A stretch of 33,806 nt of DNA, taken from assembly GCA_048938005.1 (NCBI GenBank), contig JBHLMQ010000034.1, positions 1 through 33,806 of the forward strand. Reading direction: 5' to 3'. The translations under genes and the position numbers were made by a program. The notes under the pieces are model-generated. The model did not search any database. It was not told where the DNA came from and saw only the letters and a program-made list of their open reading frames with translations. Below are positions 8,947-18,230 of the stretch, in pieces. Within the stretch, counting starts at the first letter, position 1; every line of letters starts with the position of its first letter. This DNA is from Promethearchaeota archaeon (GTDB lineage Archaea > Asgardarchaeota > Lokiarchaeia > Sigyniarchaeales > SOKP01).

Positions 8947-10035
8947 ATGGTGCAACAAGAGAGAAACATAATTAAATTGGAGGATCTATTAACAGTAGAA
9001 GGAAAATCTAATGTTTTATTTTTTAATTATGATAATGAAGCATTCATGAATACTGGTATTCAAGAAAGTGGTGGAACACCTCCATATGCATCCACTACAA
9101 CAGGGCCAGCAGGAGAGTTGATCCCTGGAAAGGTTGGAGTTAAGCAAGATTTAGTCACGCCTTTTGCCTTTTATGGTTCAAACTCATTATTTTTAGCAAC
9201 TGTCAACCCTGCATATCCTAATGATTTTATGGGTAAAGTAGTAGAGGCATTAAAAACAAATGGTTCTTCATTTATTCAAGCTTATTCTGATTGCATGAGA
9301 GGGTGGCGACATGGTGCCGAAGATGCTGTTAAAATATCGAAATTAGCCACTGATAGTGGATATTGGCCATTATATACGATTCGAGTAAAAGATGGTATTC
9401 CTACTTTCTCCTATTATCGAGGTTTGGACATAGATAAGGATAAATTTGTGGAATATCTAAGATCAATGGGACGATTCAGACATTTATTTAAGCCTAAATT
9501 CATGGAAAAAGAAATTGATGAAATTATATATTATACAGAACAAAGAAATAAGAAGATAAAAGGATTAATTGATACATTTGGGGCAGAAAAACCTGTTGAT
9601 ATTTATAGAGTTAATCGAAAAGCTTTAGAACCACAGACGCATTTATTTCCTGGACATGGTCTTTGTCCTGGATGTGGAGCTGGAATGGTTTTAAATCAAA
9701 TGGCGACAGCCGCAACTCAAGTTGCTGGTAATAATATTATATATGTAAATAATACATCTTGTTCAGAGGTGTCCACCTCTAAAGATAATGTTAGCTCATG
9801 GCGTGTCCCCTGGGTTCATCATCTATTTGAATCAGGTGCTACTGTTGCAGAAGCCTTAAGCACAGGTTATAAAATTCGAAAAGCTAAAGGTGATTTCAAT
9901 GGTGAAGTACCCTATGTAATACATATTGGAGGGGATGGATCAACTTACGATATTGGATTTCAATTTCTAAAGGCAGCTTTAGTCCGAACAAGCACTATGG
10001 TTGAGATGAATCTTTATTTAAAAGATCAAAAATAA
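8947..10035 (+). CDS. porB: Pyruvate/2-oxoacid:ferredoxin oxidoreductase beta subunit, circularly permuted
   Basis: All PorB motifs are present but in swapped order. YDNEAFMNTGIQ.S..TP, K.DL, SDC..GW and GYWPLY come first, and GHGLCPGCG, NNTSCSEV, HHLFE and GGDGSTYDIGFQ come last. Confidence 0.9.
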   Translation: MVQQERNIIKLEDLLTVEGKSNVLFFNYDNEAFMNTGIQESGGTPPYASTTTGPAGELIPGKVGVKQDLVTPFAFYGSNSLFLATVNPAYPNDFMGKVVEALKTNGSSFIQAYSDCMRGWRHGAEDAVKISKLATDSGYWPLYTIRVKDGIPTFSYYRGLDIDKDKFVEYLRSMGRFRHLFKPKFMEKEIDEIIYYTEQRNKKIKGLIDTFGAEKPVDIYRVNRKALEPQTHLFPGHGLCPGCGAGMVLNQMATAATQVAGNNIIYVNNTSCSEVSTSKDNVSSWRVPWVHHLFESGATVAEALSTGYKIRKAKGDFNGEVPYVIHIGGDGSTYDIGFQFLKAALVRTSTMVEMNLYLKDQK

Positions 10036-10076
10036 TTTTTTTAAATTTTTTATTTATTTTATTCCTATCTTCTTTT

Positions 10077-10844
10077 ATGCCAATTTATATAGAGAAAAAT
10101 TATCCTGTTTTTACTGTAATAATTGATAATCCTCAAGTGAAAAATGCTGTAGATGGCCCTACGGCATCAGAAATTGCAAATGCTTTTCGGGATTTTGAAG
10201 AAGATGAAAATGCATTAGTTGGAGTACTATGGGGAGCAAATGGAACATTTTGTTCCGGAGCAAATTTAAAAGCTATTGCAAAAGGTCAAGGGAATCGGAT
10301 TGATAAAGAAGGAGATGGTCCAATGGGACCTAGTAGAATGATGTTATCTAAACCTATAATTGCAGCAGTGGCAGGTTATGCTGTTGCGGGTGGATTAGAA
10401 CTTGCTTTATGGTGTGATATGCGTGTTGCTGAAAAAAATGCTATTTTTGGAGTTTTTAATCGTCAATTTGGCGTCCCTCTTATAGATGGAGGGACTGTGC
10501 GCCTTCCAAGATTAATTGGATTAAGTAGAGCGATGGATATGATCCTCACTGGACGTCCAGTTTCTTCCCAAGAAGCTTATGAGTGGGGTCTTATAAATCG
10601 TATTGTTGATATCGGACAATCCAAACTAGAAGCGGAGAAATTAGCCAAAGACTTAGCATCATTTCCACAAGTTTGTATGAAAAATGATCGTATGTCTACA
10701 TATACTCAGTTTGGATTAGGTATAAAAGAAGCTATGATAAAAGAATTCGAATTTGGTTTAAAAACATTAGAAAGCAAGGAATATCTAACTGGGAGTGAAG
10801 CATTTTCTCAAGGAAAAGGAAAACATGGATTTTTTAATGATTAG
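10077..10844 (+). CDS. Enoyl-CoA hydratase/crotonase family protein
   Basis: FCSGANL, KPIIAAVAGYAVAGGLELALWCD, MDMILTGRPV and WGLINRIV motifs. Confidence 0.92.
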   Translation: MPIYIEKNYPVFTVIIDNPQVKNAVDGPTASEIANAFRDFEEDENALVGVLWGANGTFCSGANLKAIAKGQGNRIDKEGDGPMGPSRMMLSKPIIAAVAGYAVAGGLELALWCDMRVAEKNAIFGVFNRQFGVPLIDGGTVRLPRLIGLSRAMDMILTGRPVSSQEAYEWGLINRIVDIGQSKLEAEKLAKDLASFPQVCMKNDRMSTYTQFGLGIKEAMIKEFEFGLKTLESKEYLTGSEAFSQGKGKHGFFND

Positions 10845-10890
10845 ATCACTATTTTAAATATTTATTAATTAAATATTTCTTGGTGATTTA

Positions 10891-11307
10891 GTGATAGAAT
10901 TTAATGAATTTAGAGTTAAAACTCCAGAAAGAGAGATTATATTAGATATTACTAGTGAGATTAATAATATCGTAAGAAAATGCAATATAAAAGAGGGTGT
11001 TTGTAGAGTATTTGTTCCCCATACTACTGCAGGTATAACTATTAATGAAAATGCAGATCCTTCGGTCATCAGAGATATTAGCACCTATTTAAGTAAATTA
11101 ATTCCAAGAGGAGGAGGATTAGGGTATACATATAGACATGGTGAGGGTAATTCTGACGCCCATATTAAGTGTTCACTAACAGGGCATTCAGTTGAGTTAT
11201 TGATTCATGAAAATCGATTAATGCTTGGTACATGGCAAGGAATAATGTTCGCGGAATATGACGGACCTCGAAATAGAAGAATATATGTACAAATTTATGG
11301 AGAATAG
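10891..11307 (+). CDS. yjbQ: YjbQ/UPF0047 family protein (secondary thiamine-phosphate synthase)
   Basis: PHTTAGITINENADPSV, HGEGNSDAHIK and LGTWQGIMFAEYDGPRNR motifs. Confidence 0.95.
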   Translation: MIEFNEFRVKTPEREIILDITSEINNIVRKCNIKEGVCRVFVPHTTAGITINENADPSVIRDISTYLSKLIPRGGGLGYTYRHGEGNSDAHIKCSLTGHSVELLIHENRLMLGTWQGIMFAEYDGPRNRRIYVQIYGE

Positions 11308-11406
11308 GTTCAATAATTCTTAAAGATTTAAATTGGTTCTAATAAGGACAAATTTTATCTAAAAGTTATTAAAATAATAAGATCCTGTTATTAAAATTTA
11401 AATATA

Positions 11407-11457
11407 AAAGTGTTTAATCTTCACATGTAATTCAAACTTTATTTATTGAAACACTTT
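11407..11457. promoter_or_regulatory. Inverted repeat upstream of the ECF operon
   Basis: AAAGTGTTT (11407-11415) and AAACACTTT (11449-11457) with a 33-nt spacer, ending 25 nt before the S-component ATG. Confidence 0.3.
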
Positions 11458-11482
11458 AAAAATAATTTAAAAGGTAAAAAAA

Positions 11483-12238
11483 ATGAGTGAAATGGAAGAA
11501 GTAAAACCAGGAGTAACGTGGGAACATATAGTAGTTACCGCTCTAGCTACAGGAGCTGCCGCTTTATTAGCAATTTATGCGGTGATAATAGCTCCAGTAG
11601 CGCCATTTCCTGGAGTTTCAGGTCTATATTTAGCTGCAGCTATTTATGTTCCGCTAAGTTTATGGCTAGGTTTATGGGGGTGCATTGCGGGATATTTCTC
11701 ATGCGTGATTCTAGGGTTTGTAGCTACACCTTTTGGCGCTGTAAGTTTTATTTGGTCATTAGCTGACTTTGTAGAAGGGTTCATCCCATTAGTTGCGTTT
11801 AGATTATTCAAGGCAGATGTAGATATTGGAGCAGATTTAAAAAGAAAAAATCCGTTATATATTCTACTTGCTGTTTTAGTTGTAAATCTCGTTTTAGCAG
11901 CATTAGCTACTGCTATAGAGGGTTTAGGAATACTATGGATAATTACGTTAGTAATCGCCATTGTTCTCATAGTTGGCATGTATATCTTAAATCCATCTAA
12001 GTCATGGTTAATTTATGTTGTTTTTGGAATATTTGGTGCAGCAATAGGTTCAGCATTAATAGGAATTGCCGTTCCAATAGCTTTTGGATACGGAAGCTGG
12101 GATGCTTTTGGGGTAGGAGTAATTGGATGGTTTGCAGGAGATTTAATTGTATTGTCTGCAATAGCAACTCCTATGATGGTATATTTAACAGGAAAAATTA
12201 AAGAAACCTCTGTTTTCGTGGAGAATTGGTTTTCGTAA
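11483..12238 (+). CDS. Integral membrane protein, probable ECF transporter substrate-specific (S) component
   Basis: About 8 hydrophobic helices with an S-component-like A..VP..LW.G.WG pattern. First gene of a tight run with EcfT and EcfA. Confidence 0.7.
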   Translation: MSEMEEVKPGVTWEHIVVTALATGAAALLAIYAVIIAPVAPFPGVSGLYLAAAIYVPLSLWLGLWGCIAGYFSCVILGFVATPFGAVSFIWSLADFVEGFIPLVAFRLFKADVDIGADLKRKNPLYILLAVLVVNLVLAALATAIEGLGILWIITLVIAIVLIVGMYILNPSKSWLIYVVFGIFGAAIGSALIGIAVPIAFGYGSWDAFGVGVIGWFAGDLIVLSAIATPMMVYLTGKIKETSVFVENWFS

Positions 12239-12247
12239 ATTTTTGGG

Positions 12248-13120
12248 GTGAAAGTAATCTCAACTCTATCTAAAACTTTTTTTTCTTATATTCCTTCAAC
12301 CTCTATAATGGCAAAGATTCATCCTGTAACAAAATTAGCACTAGTTTTTATATTAAGTATTATTTCTCTTATCCTTCCAAATGTTTTTGATGTAATATAT
12401 CTTCTTTTATTTGATATCATTCTAATAATCCTCATAAAAGTTCCAATTTTCTCGAAAGGATTTAAGAAAGCAATAATTGCCTTTTTATTAGCAAATATTT
12501 CGATTTTTATAGCGTGGTTTTTTTTTTCTCATGAAGAAGGAAATATAACTTTTTTTGAGACTACCATTGTTTTAATAAAAGATAAATGGAATTGGCATAT
12601 TTTAATAACAGATCAAACAATTTTTAAAGCAGCTAATATTTCGCTTAGAGCAATAACTATGTTTTTTTTAATGTTATTTATGTTTGTCGCAATATCCGAT
12701 CGCGATTTAATTCATGGTTTACGCTCAGTGAAAGTTCCATTTTCCGTGTGTTTAGTAATAAGTATGACTTTTCGAGGATTATCGATGTTTCAACAGGAGT
12801 ATGTTGTTGTAAGGGAAGCGATGATGACACGAGGAGTTGAATTTGAAAAAGTATCTATACGGAAAAAAATTAAAAATTTCGTATCAATTTTTATTGCATT
12901 AATTGTATTAATGTTTAAACGAACAGAAGAAATGTCTTCTTCAATTGAAGCAAGAGGAATTCCTTTACGCTCAAAAAAACGGACTGTTTATCACTATTAT
13001 CCCATGAAAAAGAAAGATTATTTTATAATCTTTTTATTACTATCTTTTTTAATCTATTCAATTTATTTACAGATTATAAACGGAAGTTTTCTATTTTCAA
13101 TTATAAGACTATTTATGTGA
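12248..13120 (+). CDS. ecfT: ECF transporter transmembrane component T
   Basis: IHPVTKL N-terminus, multiple transmembrane segments, and coupling motifs EAMMTRG and SIEARG. Confidence 0.9.
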   Translation: MKVISTLSKTFFSYIPSTSIMAKIHPVTKLALVFILSIISLILPNVFDVIYLLLFDIILIILIKVPIFSKGFKKAIIAFLLANISIFIAWFFFSHEEGNITFFETTIVLIKDKWNWHILITDQTIFKAANISLRAITMFFLMLFMFVAISDRDLIHGLRSVKVPFSVCLVISMTFRGLSMFQQEYVVVREAMMTRGVEFEKVSIRKKIKNFVSIFIALIVLMFKRTEEMSSSIEARGIPLRSKKRTVYHYYPMKKKDYFIIFLLLSFLIYSIYLQIINGSFLFSIIRLFM

Positions 13121-14653
13121 ATGTTGTTGGAACCAGTTATTCATTTTAAAGATTTCTCATGGAGATATAAAGCATCTAAGGATTTAATACTTAGAAATAT
13201 AAATTTAACGATTTTTCGCAATGAATTTATTGGAATCATGGGTCCTACTGGTGCAGGAAAATCTACTTTATGTTCTTGTATTAATGGTCTTATTCCATTA
13301 AGAAGTCGTGGATGGGTTAAAGGAACTGTTGAAGTATTAGGTATGGATACTCGAAATGCAAAAATGGCTAACATTGGAAAACAGGTTGGTTTAATCTTTC
13401 AAGACCCTGAATCACAATTTGTTATGATGACTGTTGAAGATGAGATTGCTATTGGATTAGAAACATTGGCTCTTAGCCGTGAAGAAATCAAAGAAAGAAT
13501 TGAGTGGGCTCTTAAGTTAGTTGGATTAGAAGGATATGAAGATAAGTCTCCAGATGAACTCTCTGGTGGTCAAAAACAAAGAATAGCCATCGCCTCAATT
13601 ATGGCAATGAGGCCAGAAATTCTTATACTAGATGAACCTACATCAGATCTTGATCCAGAAGGAAAACGAGAGATTTTTGAATTATTAGAATCAATTCGAA
13701 ATGAATTCCAACTCACAATTGTTCTAGTTAGTCATGAAACAAGGAAAATTTTTCAATATTGTAACAGAGTTGTTATTCTTGACGAAGGAGAGATTAAATT
13801 TGATGGAGATACTTCACAACTAACTCAAAATAAGGATATCTTTGATAATATAGGCCTTTATTATCCGATAGATAGTTTGAATTATATCAAATCATTAGAG
13901 AATACTTATTGTGAAGAATCTGAGAATATTCCTATAATTGAAATTACAAATTTAAGTTATACTTATCCTAATCAAACGGAGGCTTTAAAAAATATAAACT
14001 TAAAAATTTTTCTAAATGATTTTGTAGCTATTATAGGAAAAAATGGTTCTGGTAAAACTACATTAATAAAACACTTCAATGGCCTTTTTAAACCACAACA
14101 AGGAAAGGTTCAAGTAAAAAGTAAATCAATTAATGAGTATACAATCTCAGAAGTCTCTCAAATTATAGGATACTGTTATCAAAATCCAGATCATCAACTC
14201 TTTAAAAATACAATTAGAGGAGAAATTGAATATGGATTAAAAAATCTCAAATTTCCTGATGAAGAAATCGAAAATCGTTTTAATGATATTGTAGAGCTTC
14301 TAGATCTTAAGAAATTTGAAGAAATGTATAAATCCACATTTCATTTAAGTAAAGGAGTGCGCCAAAGACTAGCCTTAGCTTCGGTATTAGTATTAAAACC
14401 TGAGATACTAATAATTGATGAACCTACGACAGGTCAAGATTATCGTATGATTGAAGAATTTATGAAAATTTTAAAAGATCTTCATGCAAATAAACGCACA
14501 ATAATTATAGTAACTCATGATCCAAGAGTTATAGCTAAATATTCTAAAGAGGTAATTATTCTTGACAATGGAAAATTAATAAAGAAATTACCCACAGCAG
14601 AATTTCTTAAAGATAAAGAGCTACAAAAGATTGCAGCCTATACTCCACCATAG
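13121..14653 (+). CDS. ecfA: ECF transporter fused double ATPase (EcfA-A')
   Basis: Two ABC domains: GPTGAGKS / FQDPESQ / LSGGQ / LDEPT and GKNGSGKT / YQNPDHQ / LSKGV / IDEPT. Confidence 0.92.
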   Translation: MLLEPVIHFKDFSWRYKASKDLILRNINLTIFRNEFIGIMGPTGAGKSTLCSCINGLIPLRSRGWVKGTVEVLGMDTRNAKMANIGKQVGLIFQDPESQFVMMTVEDEIAIGLETLALSREEIKERIEWALKLVGLEGYEDKSPDELSGGQKQRIAIASIMAMRPEILILDEPTSDLDPEGKREIFELLESIRNEFQLTIVLVSHETRKIFQYCNRVVILDEGEIKFDGDTSQLTQNKDIFDNIGLYYPIDSLNYIKSLENTYCEESENIPIIEITNLSYTYPNQTEALKNINLKIFLNDFVAIIGKNGSGKTTLIKHFNGLFKPQQGKVQVKSKSINEYTISEVSQIIGYCYQNPDHQLFKNTIRGEIEYGLKNLKFPDEEIENRFNDIVELLDLKKFEEMYKSTFHLSKGVRQRLALASVLVLKPEILIIDEPTTGQDYRMIEEFMKILKDLHANKRTIIIVTHDPRVIAKYSKEVIILDNGKLIKKLPTAEFLKDKELQKIAAYTPP

Positions 14654-14741
14654 CTCTTGACTTTTATAATCGGTTGTAATTAAAAATGTTTAATTTTTTT
14701 CTAATATTCAGTTTTTTATCAATTCAAAATAGGGGATTTAA

Positions 14742-15809
14742 ATGGATTTTGGATTTAATTCTTTAATAAATTTAGCAAAAATTAAAAAGAACGTCAAGAG
14801 AAAGCGAATTTCGAGTTATGACAAGACTGGAGCTAATGCTGATTTTAAAATTATAGAAAAAAAAGAAAAGTTTGAACTGTGTAATTTAACTTGCACGGGT
14901 ATTATAAAACATATTTGGATGACACTTGCTTCTGAAGATTCAAATTATTTAAGGAAAGTGGTAATTCGAATGTGGTGGGATGATGAAAAAAATCCCTCTG
15001 TTGAATGTCCAATTGGAGATTTTTTTGGAATAGGTCATGCGAAAACAGTAAATTTTTGGAGTTTACCACTTTCTATGGGTCCCAACGATGGTAAAGGATT
15101 CAATTGCTGGTTTCCGATGCCATTTTCTAAAAATGCAAAAATTGAGGTTGAAAATGAATCAGAAGATACACTTATTCTTTATTATTATATTGATTACGAG
15201 GAATATCAAGAAATTAATGAATCTTTAGGCAGATTTCATGCATGTTGGAATAGAGAAAATCCCTGTAAAGGACAAAATTATGAATATTTAAAGCAAATGG
15301 ATTGGAAGTCGGAGATGTTTAATAAGAAAAACCTCACACATAAAGATGATTATTTAATATTAGAAGTAGAGGGTGAGGGTCATTATGTTGGATGTCATTT
15401 GGATATTCATAACTTATTTGAAACTGAGAGAGAAAACTGGCCTGGTGAGGGAGATGACTATATTGAAATCGATAATGCAGAGATCATACTACATGGAACG
15501 GGGACGGAAGACTATTTCTGTGGGGCGTGGAGCCCAAGTCAATATTATTGTTCTCCATATTATGGGATCCCTTTACCTGGCGGGAAAAATTGGAGTGGAA
15601 AAATCTCATATTATAGGTATCATATTGAGGATCCAATCTATTTTCATAAAAATATTAAGGTTAAAATTGAACATGGCCATGCAAATCAACGCTCAGATGA
15701 TTGGTCATCAACAGCATATTGGTATCAGACAGATCCTCATAAAAAATTTAATCCTATTTTATCAGTAGAAGAAAGATTGCCAAGAGAAGAGCCGAAGGAT
15801 ATAATTTGA
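14742..15809 (+). CDS. DUF2961 / glycoside hydrolase family 172 protein
   Basis: SSYDKTGAN.D, IKHIWMT, PSVECPIGDFFG, NCWFPMPF, acidic motifs WPGEGD and GTGTEDYF, IEHGHAN and SSTAYWYQ. No signal peptide. Confidence 0.9.
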   Translation: MDFGFNSLINLAKIKKNVKRKRISSYDKTGANADFKIIEKKEKFELCNLTCTGIIKHIWMTLASEDSNYLRKVVIRMWWDDEKNPSVECPIGDFFGIGHAKTVNFWSLPLSMGPNDGKGFNCWFPMPFSKNAKIEVENESEDTLILYYYIDYEEYQEINESLGRFHACWNRENPCKGQNYEYLKQMDWKSEMFNKKNLTHKDDYLILEVEGEGHYVGCHLDIHNLFETERENWPGEGDDYIEIDNAEIILHGTGTEDYFCGAWSPSQYYCSPYYGIPLPGGKNWSGKISYYRYHIEDPIYFHKNIKVKIEHGHANQRSDDWSSTAYWYQTDPHKKFNPILSVEERLPREEPKDII

Positions 15810-15830
15810 TTTAAGTTAAACGTTATATCT

Positions 15831-16673
15831 TTAATTTTTATCTCTGAATGAAATATCATATTCTACTCTTTCCAACCATTCAATAACTAAAGAATTAAAT
15901 AAATTTGCTTTTTCTATTTGTAGATTATGACCTGCTTGATCTAGGATTGCAAAAGTGGCTCTTGGATAATTTTCAATAATTTTCCAAGCATCACGATACC
16001 CAACTGTAATATCCTGCCTCCCTAAAAGAAATAATGAGGGTTTATCAAATAATTTTAAACGGTGGTCAACTTTAAAAGAAAATGAGTAATTGGCGGGAAA
16101 TATTTTATCAGCAAAATTTTGATCCGCTATTTTAAGACCAGATAAGATTTCATCATTATATCTTTCCCACACTTCTCTGTTCTGGACTACTAAAGATTCT
16201 TCTAATTCTATAACATCTATTGGATTTAAACTTGAAATAAACTTATCATCTTTTATAAAAACTCTAACTTTTTTTGGTAGATAACGTTTTTCTGGTTGGG
16301 GGATTATAAGAGGACAAATAAATAAAATACCATCTACAAAATCAGATCTCTTTAAAATAATACCTCTTGCTAAATAGCATCCATAAGATTCACTAGCAAT
16401 TATGAATTTTTCATCAGGAATGATTTTATCTATAAATTCTAGAACAATTTCAAGTATCTCATCTGAATTTTTTATCCAATCTGGTCCAGTTGTTTTCCCC
16501 ATTCCAGGTAAATCAAAATAAATTCGTTTGTAATTATCTTTTTTTTCGAAAATAGGCTCCATACATCCTTTCATTAAGCGATGGTCAGGCATAAATCCAT
16601 GAACCATTAAAATAGGGTACCCTTTACCATACATCTCATAGTAAATTTCTATATTTTCAAGATCACACTTCAA
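15831..16673 (-). CDS. Alpha/beta-fold hydrolase
   Basis: HGF oxyanion motif, DLPGMG, nucleophile elbow SESYG, GRQD and AGH catalytic His. Confidence 0.88.
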   Translation of the reverse strand: MKCDLENIEIYYEMYGKGYPILMVHGFMPDHRLMKGCMEPIFEKKDNYKRIYFDLPGMGKTTGPDWIKNSDEILEIVLEFIDKIIPDEKFIIASESYGCYLARGIILKRSDFVDGILFICPLIIPQPEKRYLPKKVRVFIKDDKFISSLNPIDVIELEESLVVQNREVWERYNDEILSGLKIADQNFADKIFPANYSFSFKVDHRLKLFDKPSLFLLGRQDITVGYRDAWKIIENYPRATFAILDQAGHNLQIEKANLFNSLVIEWLERVEYDISFRDKN

Positions 16674-16745
16674 TACATTATCAACTCTATTGAATTTAAA
16701 TTATGAAAAAATGTTGAATTAAAAAAATAAAAGTTAAGAAAAAAA

Positions 16746-18119
16746 TTAATTATTTTTTATTTCTAATTTTCTTAAACGTTCTTCATGAAGAATTTTCAAT
16801 TTCTCTTGTTGTTCACTGAATTTTTTGTAATTTAGAGGGAAGAATGTAAAAATTAATAAGCCAATTAAAATACCAATAGCAGGAACAATCGATACAGAAA
16901 GTTGTAAGCCAACTAAACCAGAAGGTGGTTGAGTATCTAAATTCGGGTCGAAGCCGCTAAGCATTTGGATAATTATTAAAGCAACAGCAGAAAGAACCAT
17001 TGATAGTCTTGCAATAAAAGCTCCAATTCCCCCATATGTCGCTTCCCGCCGTTTTCCTATTTTTATTTCATCATAATCTATTCCAGCAGAAATTACTGGC
17101 TCAGTCATTAACGTACCACACGCACCTATTCCAGGAATAAGCCCTATAATAGTCAATGTAATAAAATCACTTACAAAAAACAGTAATATCATACCTACAC
17201 CAAATATAGCCATCGCAAGCGCTAAACCAAATTTTGGTCCCTTCTTTCCATATAATTTCCACCATAAGGGGACAGCAGCAATTATTCCTAACGCTATCCC
17301 TATCATAGCAAAACCTTCCATACCTTCCTCTATTTTTAAAATAAATCTTGCATAAAGAGGTAGAATCATTAAAGTAAAACCAAAACAAAAATCTAGCATT
17401 GCATATGTTACTGCTCCAATTAAAAATGGTTTATTTGAAAGAACTGCTTTAAATGCCTCTAATATTGGTAAAGGTTCATCTATTTGATACTCTTTTCTTT
17501 CTCTTGTCCCTAAAAGGGAAAGATACATTGTAATGGGAATTGAAATACCCATTATAACTCCTACTAGTGCCCAACTACCAAACGCAGCTGCAATCATAGA
17601 AGGAATCATAACTCCTATCATAGATGAAATAAATGCTATTGTATCTTTGATTGCAACAACTGAAGCTCGCTCACGCTCATCTTCATACATCTCTGTATAT
17701 AAAGCACTCCAAGCTGTAATCACAATTGTAAATCCAGTATCAAAAAGAAATAGCATGTAAAAACCATGAAGAAAAACTAATCTCTGATCTGTATATGGAA
17801 CCCACCACAGTAAAATAAAGCCTATCGTCATTGGTATGGTTCCATAGATGATCCATGGTACTCGACGACCTTTTTTTAGTTTTATTTTATCCATGTAGTA
17901 TCCAATTAAAGGATCGTTTACTGCATTCCATATCCCATAAAAAATGAGGAGGATCCCAAAATTAAAGAGGGAAAGACCTGCGTGAACGGTATAAAACGTT
18001 AATAGCCAAGTTCCGATCATATTAAATGGAAGTGCAGATGGCACAGCCCCTAAAGAGTAAAAAAGGTGTCCCAAACGTGAATGTACTTTATCATCAATTT
18101 TTTTTTGTATTTCACTCAT
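16746..18119 (-). CDS. MFS glycoside-pentoside-hexuronide (GPH/MelB-like) symporter
   Basis: WNAVNDPLIG, GRRVPW, DYDE...GKRREATY motifs and about 12 transmembrane segments. ATG 18119 is preferred over TTG 18128. Confidence 0.9.
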   Translation of the reverse strand: MSEIQKKIDDKVHSRLGHLFYSLGAVPSALPFNMIGTWLLTFYTVHAGLSLFNFGILLIFYGIWNAVNDPLIGYYMDKIKLKKGRRVPWIIYGTIPMTIGFILLWWVPYTDQRLVFLHGFYMLFLFDTGFTIVITAWSALYTEMYEDERERASVVAIKDTIAFISSMIGVMIPSMIAAAFGSWALVGVIMGISIPITMYLSLLGTRERKEYQIDEPLPILEAFKAVLSNKPFLIGAVTYAMLDFCFGFTLMILPLYARFILKIEEGMEGFAMIGIALGIIAAVPLWWKLYGKKGPKFGLALAMAIFGVGMILLFFVSDFITLTIIGLIPGIGACGTLMTEPVISAGIDYDEIKIGKRREATYGGIGAFIARLSMVLSAVALIIIQMLSGFDPNLDTQPPSGLVGLQLSVSIVPAIGILIGLLIFTFFPLNYKKFSEQQEKLKILHEERLRKLEIKNN

Positions 18120-18230
18120 AATGATCAATATTTCATATTATTAATTACAGTTTAATTTTAGTTTAAGATATATTTGAAATTTATTATAAAATTAGAAAAT
18201 TAATTTAATTCTTTTATAAAAAAACTAATA

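Noticed and set aside
15373-15768. 131-aa overlapping ORF within GH172, and similar nested ORFs elsewhere (e.g. 11644..11979, 24290..24532, 27623..27895)
   Set aside because: They are off-frame or antisense shadows of conserved genes with no independent support.
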